A stretch of DNA of 46,131 bases from an uncultured Bifidobacteriaceae bacterium (GTDB taxonomy: Bacteria > Acidobacteriota > Vicinamibacteria > Vicinamibacterales > JAMQPK01). A program made the position numbers and the translations under genes. Where the stretch lies: positions 11,054 through 57,184 of the forward strand of contig CAYHHH010000010.1 of NCBI GenBank assembly GCA_964356125.1. Reading direction: 5' to 3'. How positions within the stretch are numbered: position 1 is the stretch's first letter; each line of letters begins with the position of its first letter. This document shows, one piece after another, positions 1-8,524 of this stretch. A model generated the notes under the pieces. It was not told where the DNA came from. It did not search any database and was given only the letters and a program-made list of their open reading frames with translations.

Positions 1-257
1 CCGCGGATGTCGACGTCCTTGCCCGTCTTCAGGAACACGCCCTCGGGCCCGGAAAACTCTTCCCACACGCGAATCAGGTCCTTGCGGTCGTACTGAAAAT
101 CGAAATCGCGCGCCAGGCTGTGGCCCAGCATGTAGTACGTCGACTCGTCCCCTTTGAAGCGGCTGCCGTTCGCTTTCGGAAAGTCGACAGACACGGCGAA
201 TGCCAGCAGCAGAATGCCGGCAAGCGCCGACGCGATGATGCCGGGCTTCGTCGTCAT
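1..257 (-). CDS. Partial multi-TM membrane protein, probable GT-C-fold glycosyltransferase (runs off left edge)
   Basis: Not in the ORF track. ATG at 257 overlaps the TGA of the GT4 gene (ATGA). Translates MTTKPGIIASALAGILLLAFAVSVDFPKANGSRFKGDESTYYMLGHSLARDFDF...: one TM helix followed by a DE-x-x-YY loop motif typical of GT-C proteins. Confidence 0.6.
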   Translation of the reverse strand, partial: MTTKPGIIASALAGILLLAFAVSVDFPKANGSRFKGDESTYYMLGHSLARDFDFQYDRKDLIRVWEEFSGPEGVFLKTGKDVDIR

Positions 258-1297
258 GTCGTGAGAAGCCTGCTGACGGCGCGAGACCACGTCATTTCCG
301 AGACCTGCTCCAGTCCCGCCTGCCCCATCCGCTCGGCCGCTTTCGCATCGTCCATCAGCTCGCGCAGCGCCACGGCCAGCGTTTCCGGGCGTGGCGCGCA
401 TAATTTTCCATTGACGTCATCCACGACCAGCTCCGCGGGTCCGCCGCTGTCAGTACACGTGACGACCGCCTTGCGCGACGCGAACGCCTCGACCGTCACG
501 AATCCGTAGTCTTCGTCGAAGGGAGGAAAACAGACGGCGCGGCACTTCGCGAGATGCTCGAGCATCTGGCGGTCGTCGATGCGCCCGATCAGCTTCACGC
601 GCGACGAGAGGCCCCTCGTCACAATCGCGTGCTCGAGCACCTGATGCTCTTCCCCCTCGCCGGCGATGACGCAGCGGATGCCCGCTGCTTCGGGGTTCGC
701 CAGCGCCTCGATCAGTAGAGAGAGGCGCTTCAGCGGCGCCAGCCTCGACACCGCAAAAATATAGTCTCCGTAGCCCTCGCACCGGTAGGCGCGCTGTGGC
801 GGTGGCGGGTACAGCGGCTCGGATGAAATGCCACCCCAGCGCTGGAGCCTCGCGGAGATCGTGCGCGACTGCGTGTACACCTTGCGCACGTGTTTCGTCA
901 GCAGATAGCGATCGGTCGCATGGATGAACTGCCGGCGGGCACCTTCCTTGATGCGCCCCTTCCAGCTCAACGTTTCGCTGAACGTCTCCCACTGGTCGTA
1001 GTACTCGCGCATCGTGTGGTTCAACCAGACGACGTGGTTGGGATGGCGGACCGCGTAGCTCGGGTACCGGAGCGAGATGACCTGATCGACGACTTTATTG
1101 TGGTCCCCCAGGCCGACGTCGGTGAACCAGGTGGCGAGATACGCCCCGCCCTGACGTCCGAAACGGTTCTGTGGCGTCAGCACCATCGTCGCCTCGTGCC
1201 CTTCCTCGCGCAGCGCCTGCACGAGCGAGCGCGCGATGACGAGGTGCCCCCCCTCGATAAACAGCGGCGCCGACGTCACTACCACTACGCGCTTCAT
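254..1297 (-). CDS. Glycosyltransferase family 4 (GT-B)
   Basis: SRLAPLKR and EDYGFVTVEAF (E-x7-E) motifs; coupled to neighbours by ATGA overlaps. Confidence 0.9.
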   Translation of the reverse strand: MKRVVVVTSAPLFIEGGHLVIARSLVQALREEGHEATMVLTPQNRFGRQGGAYLATWFTDVGLGDHNKVVDQVISLRYPSYAVRHPNHVVWLNHTMREYYDQWETFSETLSWKGRIKEGARRQFIHATDRYLLTKHVRKVYTQSRTISARLQRWGGISSEPLYPPPPQRAYRCEGYGDYIFAVSRLAPLKRLSLLIEALANPEAAGIRCVIAGEGEEHQVLEHAIVTRGLSSRVKLIGRIDDRQMLEHLAKCRAVCFPPFDEDYGFVTVEAFASRKAVVTCTDSGGPAELVVDDVNGKLCAPRPETLAVALRELMDDAKAAERMGQAGLEQVSEMTWSRAVSRLLTT

Positions 1298-2568
1298 TGT
1301 TTAGTCGCGGGGGCCCCTCCTGCCCCGCTCCACGGCGCTTCGCTTCCGGGGCCCCGCCGCCCCGCGCCGCTCGCGCCTTCGACCAGAAACGACAAGTCTG
1401 CGCTTAGCGGTTGACGCCGCCGCCCGGCCGTCGTGGCGCGCGAGCTGTCGATGAGGAGGACGTACAACTGCTCCATTTTCCGCACGAAGGCGGTGATGTC
1501 GTAGCGTTGCGCGGTGACGCGCGCCGCCGCCGCAAGCCGCGCGCGTTCGTCCGGGCGATCGATCAGATCGACAATCGCGTTCGCCAGTGCGGACGCGTCG
1601 CGTGTGGGCACGATGCGCGCATCGCGGCCGTCGGTGAGGATGTCGAGCAACCCGTCGGCATCGGTGGCCACGATAGGCTTGGCCGACGCCAGCGCCTCGA
1701 ATGCGGTCAGCGGGGTGCCCTCCCAGAGCGATGGGAAGACGCTGAGATCGAACGCGCTCAGCACGGCGGCCACATCGCGGGCGAACCCGACGAAGACGAA
1801 CCGGTCGCCGAGGCCGAGCTGTCGGGCCTGCGCTTCGAGCGGCTCGCGCAGCGGCCCCTCGCCGACCAGGAAGAACTTCGCACTCGGCTTGCGGTCGATC
1901 ACGAGACGCGCGGCATCGATGAGATATGAATTCCCCTTCGACTCGTGCAGTCGCGTCACGGTGCCGATCGCGAAATCGCCAGGCACGATGCCGAGCTCGC
2001 GGCGCGCGGATGCGATGTCGTCGGCCGCTCGCGCCCGGCTGAACTCCTCGTGCGGCGCGCCCAGGTATACGACCTTCACTTTTTCTGGCTGCACCAGACG
2101 CGCCCTCACGACGAAGTCGGCGGTGCTCTTCGAGACCGCAATGGCGATGTCCGTATAACGCTCGAGCACGCGGTCCGCGACTTTCTGAAACCACGGCGTG
2201 TCGGTCAGGTTCGCGTGCTCGTGCAGAATCGCCGGAATGCCGCGCATCGCGGCCGCCATTCGCCCGAAGGTCGTCGCGCCGTACCCGTGCAGGTGCAGGA
2301 CGTCGATCTTCTTGCGATCGATGATCTTCAGAAGCGCGGGCAGCGTGGCAGGATCGAACTTCGACTTATGAAGGTACGTGATGTCGATGCCGAGCGCGTC
2401 GAGCGTCTCTTCAGAGAGATCCTTCTTGCGCAAGCTGACGAGCGACACCTCGAATCGCGCGGGATCGAACCGCGGGATCATCCACGCGAAGAGCCGTTTG
2501 ACGCCGTGCATCCGCGACCCTTCCCATCCGAGGTGATCGCAGATCTGAAGAACGCGAATCTTATTCAC
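1294..2568 (-). CDS. Glycosyltransferase family 4
   Basis: RLHESKG and EGTPLTAFEAL motifs. Start moved to GTG 2568 (VNKIRVLQ), which overlaps the upstream TGA. Low-complexity GC-rich C-terminal tail. Confidence 0.88.
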   Translation of the reverse strand: MNKIRVLQICDHLGWEGSRMHGVKRLFAWMIPRFDPARFEVSLVSLRKKDLSEETLDALGIDITYLHKSKFDPATLPALLKIIDRKKIDVLHLHGYGATTFGRMAAAMRGIPAILHEHANLTDTPWFQKVADRVLERYTDIAIAVSKSTADFVVRARLVQPEKVKVVYLGAPHEEFSRARAADDIASARRELGIVPGDFAIGTVTRLHESKGNSYLIDAARLVIDRKPSAKFFLVGEGPLREPLEAQARQLGLGDRFVFVGFARDVAAVLSAFDLSVFPSLWEGTPLTAFEALASAKPIVATDADGLLDILTDGRDARIVPTRDASALANAIVDLIDRPDERARLAAAARVTAQRYDITAFVRKMEQLYVLLIDSSRATTAGRRRQPLSADLSFLVEGASGAGRRGPGSEAPWSGAGGAPATKQ

Positions 2569-3293
2569 CGCTGATCCACCACGCGCGCGGGGACGCCGAC
2601 GGCGGTGGCGCGTTCGGGAACCGATGAGCGGACCACCGCGCCGGCGCCGATGACGGCGTGGGCGCCAATGTCGACGCCGTCCAGCACCTTCGCTCCGGCG
2701 CCCAGCCATGCGCCGTCGCCGACGGAGATGCCGGCAGACTTGCGCGCCTGATCCAGCACGGGACGCGACGCATCGCTGAAGTCGTGATCGCCGCCGATCA
2801 GGTAGCCGTAGGCCGCGACCAGTACGTTGCGGCCGATCCGTACGCGGCTTGCCGAGAAGATCTCGCAGTTGAAGCCGATGTTGGCGCCCTCGCCCAGCTC
2901 GATGTCGCCGTTCTTGCACGAAAGAATCGTGTTCCTGCCGATGAACACTCCGCTGGCGATGCGGATGCCGGCGTTCGACTCTCCCTTGGCATCGATCAGG
3001 CAGTTGTCGTCGACGACCACGTTATCGCCGATGTGAATCTTGTGCGGGTGGCGCAGGACGACGTTCTGCCCGAAGACAACGTTGCGCCCGCAGGTCCCGA
3101 GCAGTAATGGGTAGAGACTTCGCCGCAGGACGAGCCCAAGCGCGCCGGGCATGCTCTGCGACAGCAGCACGATCGATTCGTGCTTGATGAGCGCGCCCCA
3201 CCCGGGCTTGCCGACGATCAGCGCAGCGTATTTGTCCCGGGCGGACACGCCGGGCCGGGACAGGTCATCCTGAACGCGGGGAATCTGGTTCAC
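2565..3293 (-). CDS. Hexapeptide-repeat (left-handed beta-helix) O-acyltransferase
   Basis: Repeated [LIV]G-x4 units, DHDF and GVPARVV terminal motif; start GTG 3293 overlaps the upstream TGA. Confidence 0.88.
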   Translation of the reverse strand: MNQIPRVQDDLSRPGVSARDKYAALIVGKPGWGALIKHESIVLLSQSMPGALGLVLRRSLYPLLLGTCGRNVVFGQNVVLRHPHKIHIGDNVVVDDNCLIDAKGESNAGIRIASGVFIGRNTILSCKNGDIELGEGANIGFNCEIFSASRVRIGRNVLVAAYGYLIGGDHDFSDASRPVLDQARKSAGISVGDGAWLGAGAKVLDGVDIGAHAVIGAGAVVRSSVPERATAVGVPARVVDQR

Positions 3294-4270
3294 AGCCACC
3301 CGCGTTCCTTGTACCACGCCAGCGTCTTCCGGATGCCGTCGCGAAGTCCGACCTGCGGGGTGTAGCCGATCTCGGCGCGCGCGCGGCTGATGTCGAAGGC
3401 GCGGCTTTTGGTAAAGAAGTCCACTCTCCGCCGATATATCGGCGGTTCCACGCCGAGCGGCACGCAGAGGGCCTCGCACGCGGCGCCGGCCATCCAGAAC
3501 GGCCACACGGGCAGCTTCCACCTGGGCGGCGCCACGCCCGCTTCCCCCGCAATCAATGCCATCAATTCGTTGAGTGTCGTGACCTCGCCGCCGGCCAGAA
3601 TGTAGGTCCGGTTTGCAGCCGCCGGCGTTTCGCCGCACAGCCGGAACCCCTCGACGAGGTCGTCGATGTACGTCAGATGATAAAAGATGTCGCCCGACCC
3701 CAGCACCACAAATCGCCGGCGCGCGACACCGCGGAAGAGCTTCAGCAGGCGGCGATCGCCGGGGCCATAAATGCCGGACGGGCGCGCGATCGTCACGGGC
3801 ATGCCCGTTCGCTGCGCGGCCTCGCGCGCGATCTGCTCCCCTTCCACTTTTGTGACCTGATAGATGTCACCGGGCCGCAGCGGCGCATCTTCGGTGGCAG
3901 GCGGATGCTCGATGTCGCCGTGCACGCCGACGGTGCTGCAATGCACGACGCGGCGTACGCCGGCGTCAGCAGCGGCCTCGATGACGTAGCCGACGGCGAT
4001 CGCATTGATCGCGCGATAGGTGGCTTTCGGAATGCCCGCGTGCCGGTAGATCGCGGCAATGTTGTAGACGATCTCGACGTCTTTGATCGCGCGCGCCAGC
4101 GACGCGCGATCCTCGAGAGCGCCAACGACGGGCTCGATGCCCGATGCGTCGAGCGCGCGCGCGTCGGCGCGCTGCCGCGCGAGGCCGCGCACCTGGTACC
4201 CGCGCCGCGCGAGCGTCCGCGCCAGGTGGCCGCCAGTGAACCCGGTCGCGCCGGTAACTAGGACGCGCAC
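3290..4270 (-). CDS. NAD-dependent epimerase/dehydratase (extended SDR)
   Basis: VTGATGFTG Rossmann motif, YQVTK (YxxxK), RPSGIYGPGD. Confidence 0.92.
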   Translation of the reverse strand: MRVLVTGATGFTGGHLARTLARRGYQVRGLARQRADARALDASGIEPVVGALEDRASLARAIKDVEIVYNIAAIYRHAGIPKATYRAINAIAVGYVIEAAADAGVRRVVHCSTVGVHGDIEHPPATEDAPLRPGDIYQVTKVEGEQIAREAAQRTGMPVTIARPSGIYGPGDRRLLKLFRGVARRRFVVLGSGDIFYHLTYIDDLVEGFRLCGETPAAANRTYILAGGEVTTLNELMALIAGEAGVAPPRWKLPVWPFWMAGAACEALCVPLGVEPPIYRRRVDFFTKSRAFDISRARAEIGYTPQVGLRDGIRKTLAWYKERGWL

Positions 4271-5061
4271 CGCTCTGCTGCAATCGTGACCGGTGAGCCG
4301 GCGAGCCTGAGAAGGCCGGCGCCGGCGAGCACGCGCTCGAGACCGCGGGTAAATCCGGCGGACCCCACGGCTTTGTGAAGCGCGATGGGCAGCACGAACT
4401 GTTTATGCGTGGAGGTGATTCGAAAACCGTGGCGATCGAGCTCGCGCGCCACGTCACTCGCGCGGAACACGCGGTACGCCTCGACGTTCCGGCCCATGGT
4501 GACGGCGGCCCTGCGCCACATCACCTGAAGCGCGGCCGCGCTGGCGATCGCAGGGTAGTCGAACACCAGCCGATGCCGTGTGACACGGCATAGTTCCGCG
4601 AGCGCCTTCCGCCAGTCCGGCACGTGCATCAGCATGCGAAGGCAGACTGCCGCGTCGAACGATCCGTCGGGAAATGCGAGCGCGTGGGCGTCGCCCTCTG
4701 CAAACTCGATCGAAAGCCCCGCATCGGCCGCTCGCGCGCGCGCCACGCTCAGCATCTCGCGCGACGCATCCACGCCAGTGACGAGCGCACCGCGCTTGGC
4801 CAGCGCAAGCGCCGCGCGTCCGGTACCGGTGGCCATATCGAGCACGCGGAGCCCGGACACGTCGCCGAGAAACCCGGCGAGCACCCGCTCCTGATCGTGG
4901 AGCAGGATGTATCCAATCGGCCCGCCAAACCGCTTCGCGTCGAAGCTCGAGGCCATCGCCGGGTCGGCGTACGCCGAGTAGCTGTAGTGATCTTCGAAAA
5001 GGGGACGGGAATCTTTTTCGGGTGGCGCTGGCGAAAAAGATTCCCGTCCCCTTTTCGCCAT
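4258..5061 (-). CDS. Class I SAM-dependent methyltransferase with palindrome-encoded N-terminus
   Basis: VLDMATGTG, GVDAS and FPDGSFD motifs; ATG 5061 overlaps the upstream TGA (TGATG). Confidence 0.88.
   Translation of the reverse strand: MAKRGRESFSPAPPEKDSRPLFEDHYSYSAYADPAMASSFDAKRFGGPIGYILLHDQERVLAGFLGDVSGLRVLDMATGTGRAALALAKRGALVTGVDASREMLSVARARAADAGLSIEFAEGDAHALAFPDGSFDAAVCLRMLMHVPDWRKALAELCRVTRHRLVFDYPAIASAAALQVMWRRAAVTMGRNVEAYRVFRASDVARELDRHGFRITSTHKQFVLPIALHKAVGSAGFTRGLERVLAGAGLLRLAGSPVTIAAERCAS
4995..5057. repeat. Palindromic element copy 1 (26-bp perfect inverted repeat, 11-nt loop) inside the methyltransferase CDS
   Basis: CGAAAAGGGGACGGGAATCTTTTTCG (4995-5020) and its exact reverse complement (5032-5057). 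Confidence 0.95.
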
Positions 5062-6224
5062 CAGGCGACCAGGGCAGCGCACGCTTCGCGCGTGCGCTGC
5101 AGGTAGGCCTCGTAGGTGTAGCGCGTCTCTGCGAGCCGCTTCGCCGCGTCCCCAATGCGCGTGGCAGCTGCGGGATCGGCGATCGCCTGCAGAATGCCGC
5201 GCGCAAAACCATCAGCGCTGGGCTCGGTGAGAATCGCGACCTCGTCCGAGAGCACCTGCGTGTGGGTCAGGAGCCGCGTCGCCACGATGACGCGCCCCGA
5301 ACGCAGGTACTGATAAATCTTCAGCGGCGTGTTCGTGCCGGTGCTGCGCGGCGACACCAGCACGTCGGCGGCGTCGAGATATGCGGGAATCGTCTCCGAC
5401 GGAAGCTCTCCGGTAAAGATGAGGCCAAGGGCGCCGGCCGCCTCCGCCTGCGCCTTCGCGCGCGTCACTTGATCGGCTTTGCCGCCGGCGAGCACGAATC
5501 GCGCGTCGGGCCGCTTCGCACGAACAGCCTTCGCCGCGTCGAACAGCAGGTCGAGCCCTTGATACGCCTCGAACGTGCCCGTGTAGAGCACCATCGGCGC
5601 TGCCGCGTCGATGCCGAGCGATGCGCGGACAGCCGTGCCGCTTCCTGCCACCGGCACGTCGCCAGAACCGGGCGCGTTTTCGATCAGCACGACCCGCGCG
5701 TCGGGCACCACCTTGCGCGCCGTCACCTCGAGGTGCGGACAGATGACGATGGTGACGCGCGATCGCTTGATGGCGGTGCGCTCGAGCAGCTGAAACATCC
5801 AGCGGAGTATTGACGATCGGCTGAACGCGAAGTTCTCGAGCTGCTGTGGCAGGCTCGAGTGCATGTCGTACAGGTGTGGGATCCCAAGCGCGGCGGAGAT
5901 GACGACCCCGATCGCGGCGCCTTCCTCGTGCGAGTGGACGGCGTCGTACTGACCTTTGCGCGCGCGGTTCAGCGCTGTCAGCGTCAGCGTCATGTCCAGA
6001 AACAGCTTCGCCGGCGAGGGGCCGATCTTGACGCGCGTGATGAACGGCGGCCGCGCCGCACGAAAAATACGCAGGCCCGGCAACGTAACGTCCTTGCCGA
6101 ACGGATAGGTGACGAGGTCCACCGTGTGGCCGAGATCGAGCAGCGCGCGGATGCGGTGATATTCGCTGAACGGCGTGCCCCGAGGCTCGAAAAACGGCTC
6201 GGGCGCGATCATCAGAATCCGCAT
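5061..6224 (-). CDS. Glycosyltransferase family 4
   Basis: Starts MRILMIAPEPFFEPRGTP (ATG 6224); YTGTFEAYQG and NTPLKIYQYL motifs. The upstream extension in the ORF track overlaps the beta-barrel gene and is spurious. Confidence 0.88.
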   Translation of the reverse strand: MRILMIAPEPFFEPRGTPFSEYHRIRALLDLGHTVDLVTYPFGKDVTLPGLRIFRAARPPFITRVKIGPSPAKLFLDMTLTLTALNRARKGQYDAVHSHEEGAAIGVVISAALGIPHLYDMHSSLPQQLENFAFSRSSILRWMFQLLERTAIKRSRVTIVICPHLEVTARKVVPDARVVLIENAPGSGDVPVAGSGTAVRASLGIDAAAPMVLYTGTFEAYQGLDLLFDAAKAVRAKRPDARFVLAGGKADQVTRAKAQAEAAGALGLIFTGELPSETIPAYLDAADVLVSPRSTGTNTPLKIYQYLRSGRVIVATRLLTHTQVLSDEVAILTEPSADGFARGILQAIADPAAATRIGDAAKRLAETRYTYEAYLQRTREACAALVA

Positions 6225-6232
6225 CAATTCAT

Positions 6233-7207
6233 TTAAAACCGAAGGCGCAGGCCGGCGCCCCCCTGCGGTCCGCCCGCCTTCAACTTGGCGTCGCCGGTCG
6301 CCTCGGTCGGCAGGTCGAGTGAGGCGCTGGCGAAGCGCGCGAATCCGCCGACACCGATGCCGACGCCTTTGATGGTGCGCACCACGTACGTGCCGTCGAC
6401 GCCAATGTTGAAGCCGACCGGGCTGTCTTTCACATCGGTCAGGCTCACGGTCCTGATGCTCAGGTTGTTGAACGGCGCGGGGTCGACGATGTCCTGGGGC
6501 GCCGCGACGGTCGCGACCGTCTGTCGCACGGTAAAGAAGGACGGGCCCGCGCTCGCGGTGAGATGAAATCTGCTCCTCAGCGCAAGCGTCCACGTGAACT
6601 GCAGATGGACCACATTCTGCGAGTGTTCGAGGTTTTCGACCGTGGCGGTGGCCGTCCGCGACTGGCCGAAGAGAACCGGATGCGGCACTCTCACGCTGAC
6701 CGACGCGTCGTTGAAGTTCTTCACTGTCGAGTACGCGATGCCGGCACCGAGCCCCTTCCAGACCCGCATCCCGGCGCCGATATCGAACAGTGTTCCGCCG
6801 CCAATCGAGTGTGCAGTCGCAAGGGCACCGCTTTCGTTGTAGATACTGAACGTCGAGCTGTCCGAGAAGCTCTGCTCCTTGTTCTGCCCGCCCCAATTGA
6901 CGCTGAAGAAGAAGCGCGACCCGTCATCATCCCCGTCGCTCGGCGGCTGCGGCTGCGGAGGTGGAGTCTGCGCAGGAGGAGTCTGGACAGGGGGCGTCTG
7001 CTCCGGCGGCGTCTGTGGGGGTGGAATCTGAGCGGGCGGCTCCTGCTCCGGCGGCGTCTGTGGGGGTGGAATCTGAGCGGGCTGCTCCTGCGGCGCCGCG
7101 GGTGGGGCAGCCGCGTCCGGGGCCTGGGCATTCACTGTTGGAACGGTACCAACGACGAAAAGTACCCCCACGGCCAGTAGCTTGAGAGTGCGCATCAGTG
7201 TGTCCAT
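6233..7207 (-). CDS. Probable outer-membrane beta-barrel protein with Pro/Gln/Thr-rich N-terminal linker
   Basis: Signal peptide (...TVNA), PQTPP repeats, amphipathic beta-strands, C-terminal GLRLRF (BAM-type terminal Phe). Confidence 0.75.
   Translation of the reverse strand: MDTLMRTLKLLAVGVLFVVGTVPTVNAQAPDAAAPPAAPQEQPAQIPPPQTPPEQEPPAQIPPPQTPPEQTPPVQTPPAQTPPPQPQPPSDGDDDGSRFFFSVNWGGQNKEQSFSDSSTFSIYNESGALATAHSIGGGTLFDIGAGMRVWKGLGAGIAYSTVKNFNDASVSVRVPHPVLFGQSRTATATVENLEHSQNVVHLQFTWTLALRSRFHLTASAGPSFFTVRQTVATVAAPQDIVDPAPFNNLSIRTVSLTDVKDSPVGFNIGVDGTYVVRTIKGVGIGVGGFARFASASLDLPTEATGDAKLKAGGPQGGAGLRLRF
6998..7082. repeat. Direct repeat, 40 bp x2 with 45-bp period, encoding PAQIPPPQTPPEQ
   Basis: ctgctccggcggcgtctgtgggggtggaatctgagcgggc at 6998 and 7043. 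Confidence 0.9.
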
Positions 7208-7303
7208 CCTTCAATAACGTAAATAAGAGCAAGAAGAGTTCGCAGACGCTGCAGCGTCGCGTGTGGCGCTCCGATAAGGATAAGTACCCGTATCGGGCGC
7301 ACC

Positions 7304-7354
7304 ATCCTAGCATGGCAAAAAGGTGTTGTACACGAATGAGAACTGGGTTATCAT
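7304..7354. promoter_or_regulatory. Putative divergent sigma70 promoters
   Basis: Plus strand: TTGTAC (7326-7331), 17 nt, TATCAT (7349-7354). Minus strand: extended -10 TGcTAGGAT (7312-7304). Both lie in an AT-richer divergent intergenic region. Confidence 0.55.
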
Positions 7355-7419
7355 GATTTACCCTCTAGGCATCTTCCGATGCCCCGACCTGTAGAAAGAT
7401 TTTTGTGGGAGTTCTTGCA

Positions 7420-8304
7420 ATGGATCTAAGGAAGATTGTGGCGTGTACCGTTTGTGCGGCGACCACCGCGCTCGCCGCTGCCGGCTGCGCTGACGGAACC
7501 GGACAGGCGTTGACACCAACTTTGCCCTCAGCCGACGTTAGCTCGTCGAATGCCGACGGAACGAAATTAAAGGCAGGCGTTCCGCAGCCCTTGTCGCCGC
7601 GGTCTTCGGTCCGCGTCTCGAACCTCACGCCGCAGCTCGTTCTTCAGAACGCGTCAGGCACGTTCGATTCGTCGGCGACGCTCGCGTATGTGTTCGAGAT
7701 ATTCGAAGTGGCGGGCTCGGCGCAGACGCTGGTCCTCAAGACCGATCCGATCAACGCGGGAAGCCCTTCGACGATCTTCAACGTTCCGAATAACCTGCTG
7801 AAGCTGAACAAGACGTATGCGTGGCGCGCCTACGCCGTCCACAACGGCGTCCAGGGCTCGACCTCGGATGGCGTGTCGTTCCGCACGCCGCTGCCTCCGC
7901 CCGTCGACGGACCGGTGCCGTGCAGCAGCTCCGCCGGCCCCGTGCTCATCGCGTGCGTCGGCAACGCCTACCCTAAATATCTGGTCTCGACCGCGGCGGG
8001 CTCGGGCAGTCTCGAGCGCCGTAAGCACAACATGGAGTTCATCCGCGATCGCATCATTGAGACTGGCATCTGCAAAGGCCTGGACCTCGGCCGTAACTTC
8101 AAGCGCGGGACGCCGGTCATCAGCCACGACTTCATCGTCTTGCGGCAGCGGGGGCAGAAGGATCGCGGCGTCGATATCGCGAGCGGGTATGACGACGTCG
8201 ACCGGCCGCTGAAGCTGACGTGGCAGGTGTTTGGCCCGGATCGGAGCTACGGCTTCCCGTTCTACGCGAAATACCCGTCGGTCGACTGCTCGGGCGTGAA
8301 CTAA
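7420..8304 (+). CDS. Lipoprotein: Ig/FN3-like domain plus unrecognised Cys-containing C-terminal domain
   Basis: RBS GGGAG then ATG 7420; lipobox AAGC; PQPLSP...YVFEI...YAWRA beta-sandwich pattern; C-terminal domain shared with the next gene. Confidence 0.8.
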   Translation: MDLRKIVACTVCAATTALAAAGCADGTGQALTPTLPSADVSSSNADGTKLKAGVPQPLSPRSSVRVSNLTPQLVLQNASGTFDSSATLAYVFEIFEVAGSAQTLVLKTDPINAGSPSTIFNVPNNLLKLNKTYAWRAYAVHNGVQGSTSDGVSFRTPLPPPVDGPVPCSSSAGPVLIACVGNAYPKYLVSTAAGSGSLERRKHNMEFIRDRIIETGICKGLDLGRNFKRGTPVISHDFIVLRQRGQKDRGVDIASGYDDVDRPLKLTWQVFGPDRSYGFPFYAKYPSVDCSGVN

Positions 8305-8308
8305 TAGA

Positions 8309-8368
8309 AGGGGCGAGGGGCGAGGGGCGGACAAAGCGAATGTCCCTCACCCCTCTTCCCTCACCCCT
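8309..8368. repeat. Inverted heptamer arrays (AGGGGCG x3 / CCCTCAC-type x3)
   Basis: Read directly; same family as 42117-42247. Confidence 0.75.
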
Positions 8369-8375
8369 GGTTTCT

Positions 8376-8384
8376 TGTTACAAT
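8376..8384 (+). promoter_or_regulatory. Extended -10 element TGtTACAAT
   Basis: TGnTAnnnT match about 140 nt upstream of ATG 8525. Confidence 0.5.
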
Positions 8385-8524
8385 AGAGCCATCCCCCGGA
8401 CTGTAAGCCGTTGGCCCCCCAGCCCTTCGGCAACTGACTAATCTCGCTGACAACTCGCTTCGATAAGAAGGCAGTGCCAGGTAATCGTGTGCAGCCTGCC
8501 CAAAGGACTCTGGAGATCTGTGTC

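Noticed and set aside
4995-5057. Ordinary rho-independent terminators for the three long hairpins
   Set aside because: All three lie within CDSs or at a coupled junction and share near-identical sequence at unrelated genes. Incidental attenuation is not excluded.
8385-8524. Riboswitch or ncRNA in the ~140-nt leader of the second lipoprotein
   Set aside because: No recognisable conserved motif; an Rfam/Infernal search would be needed.
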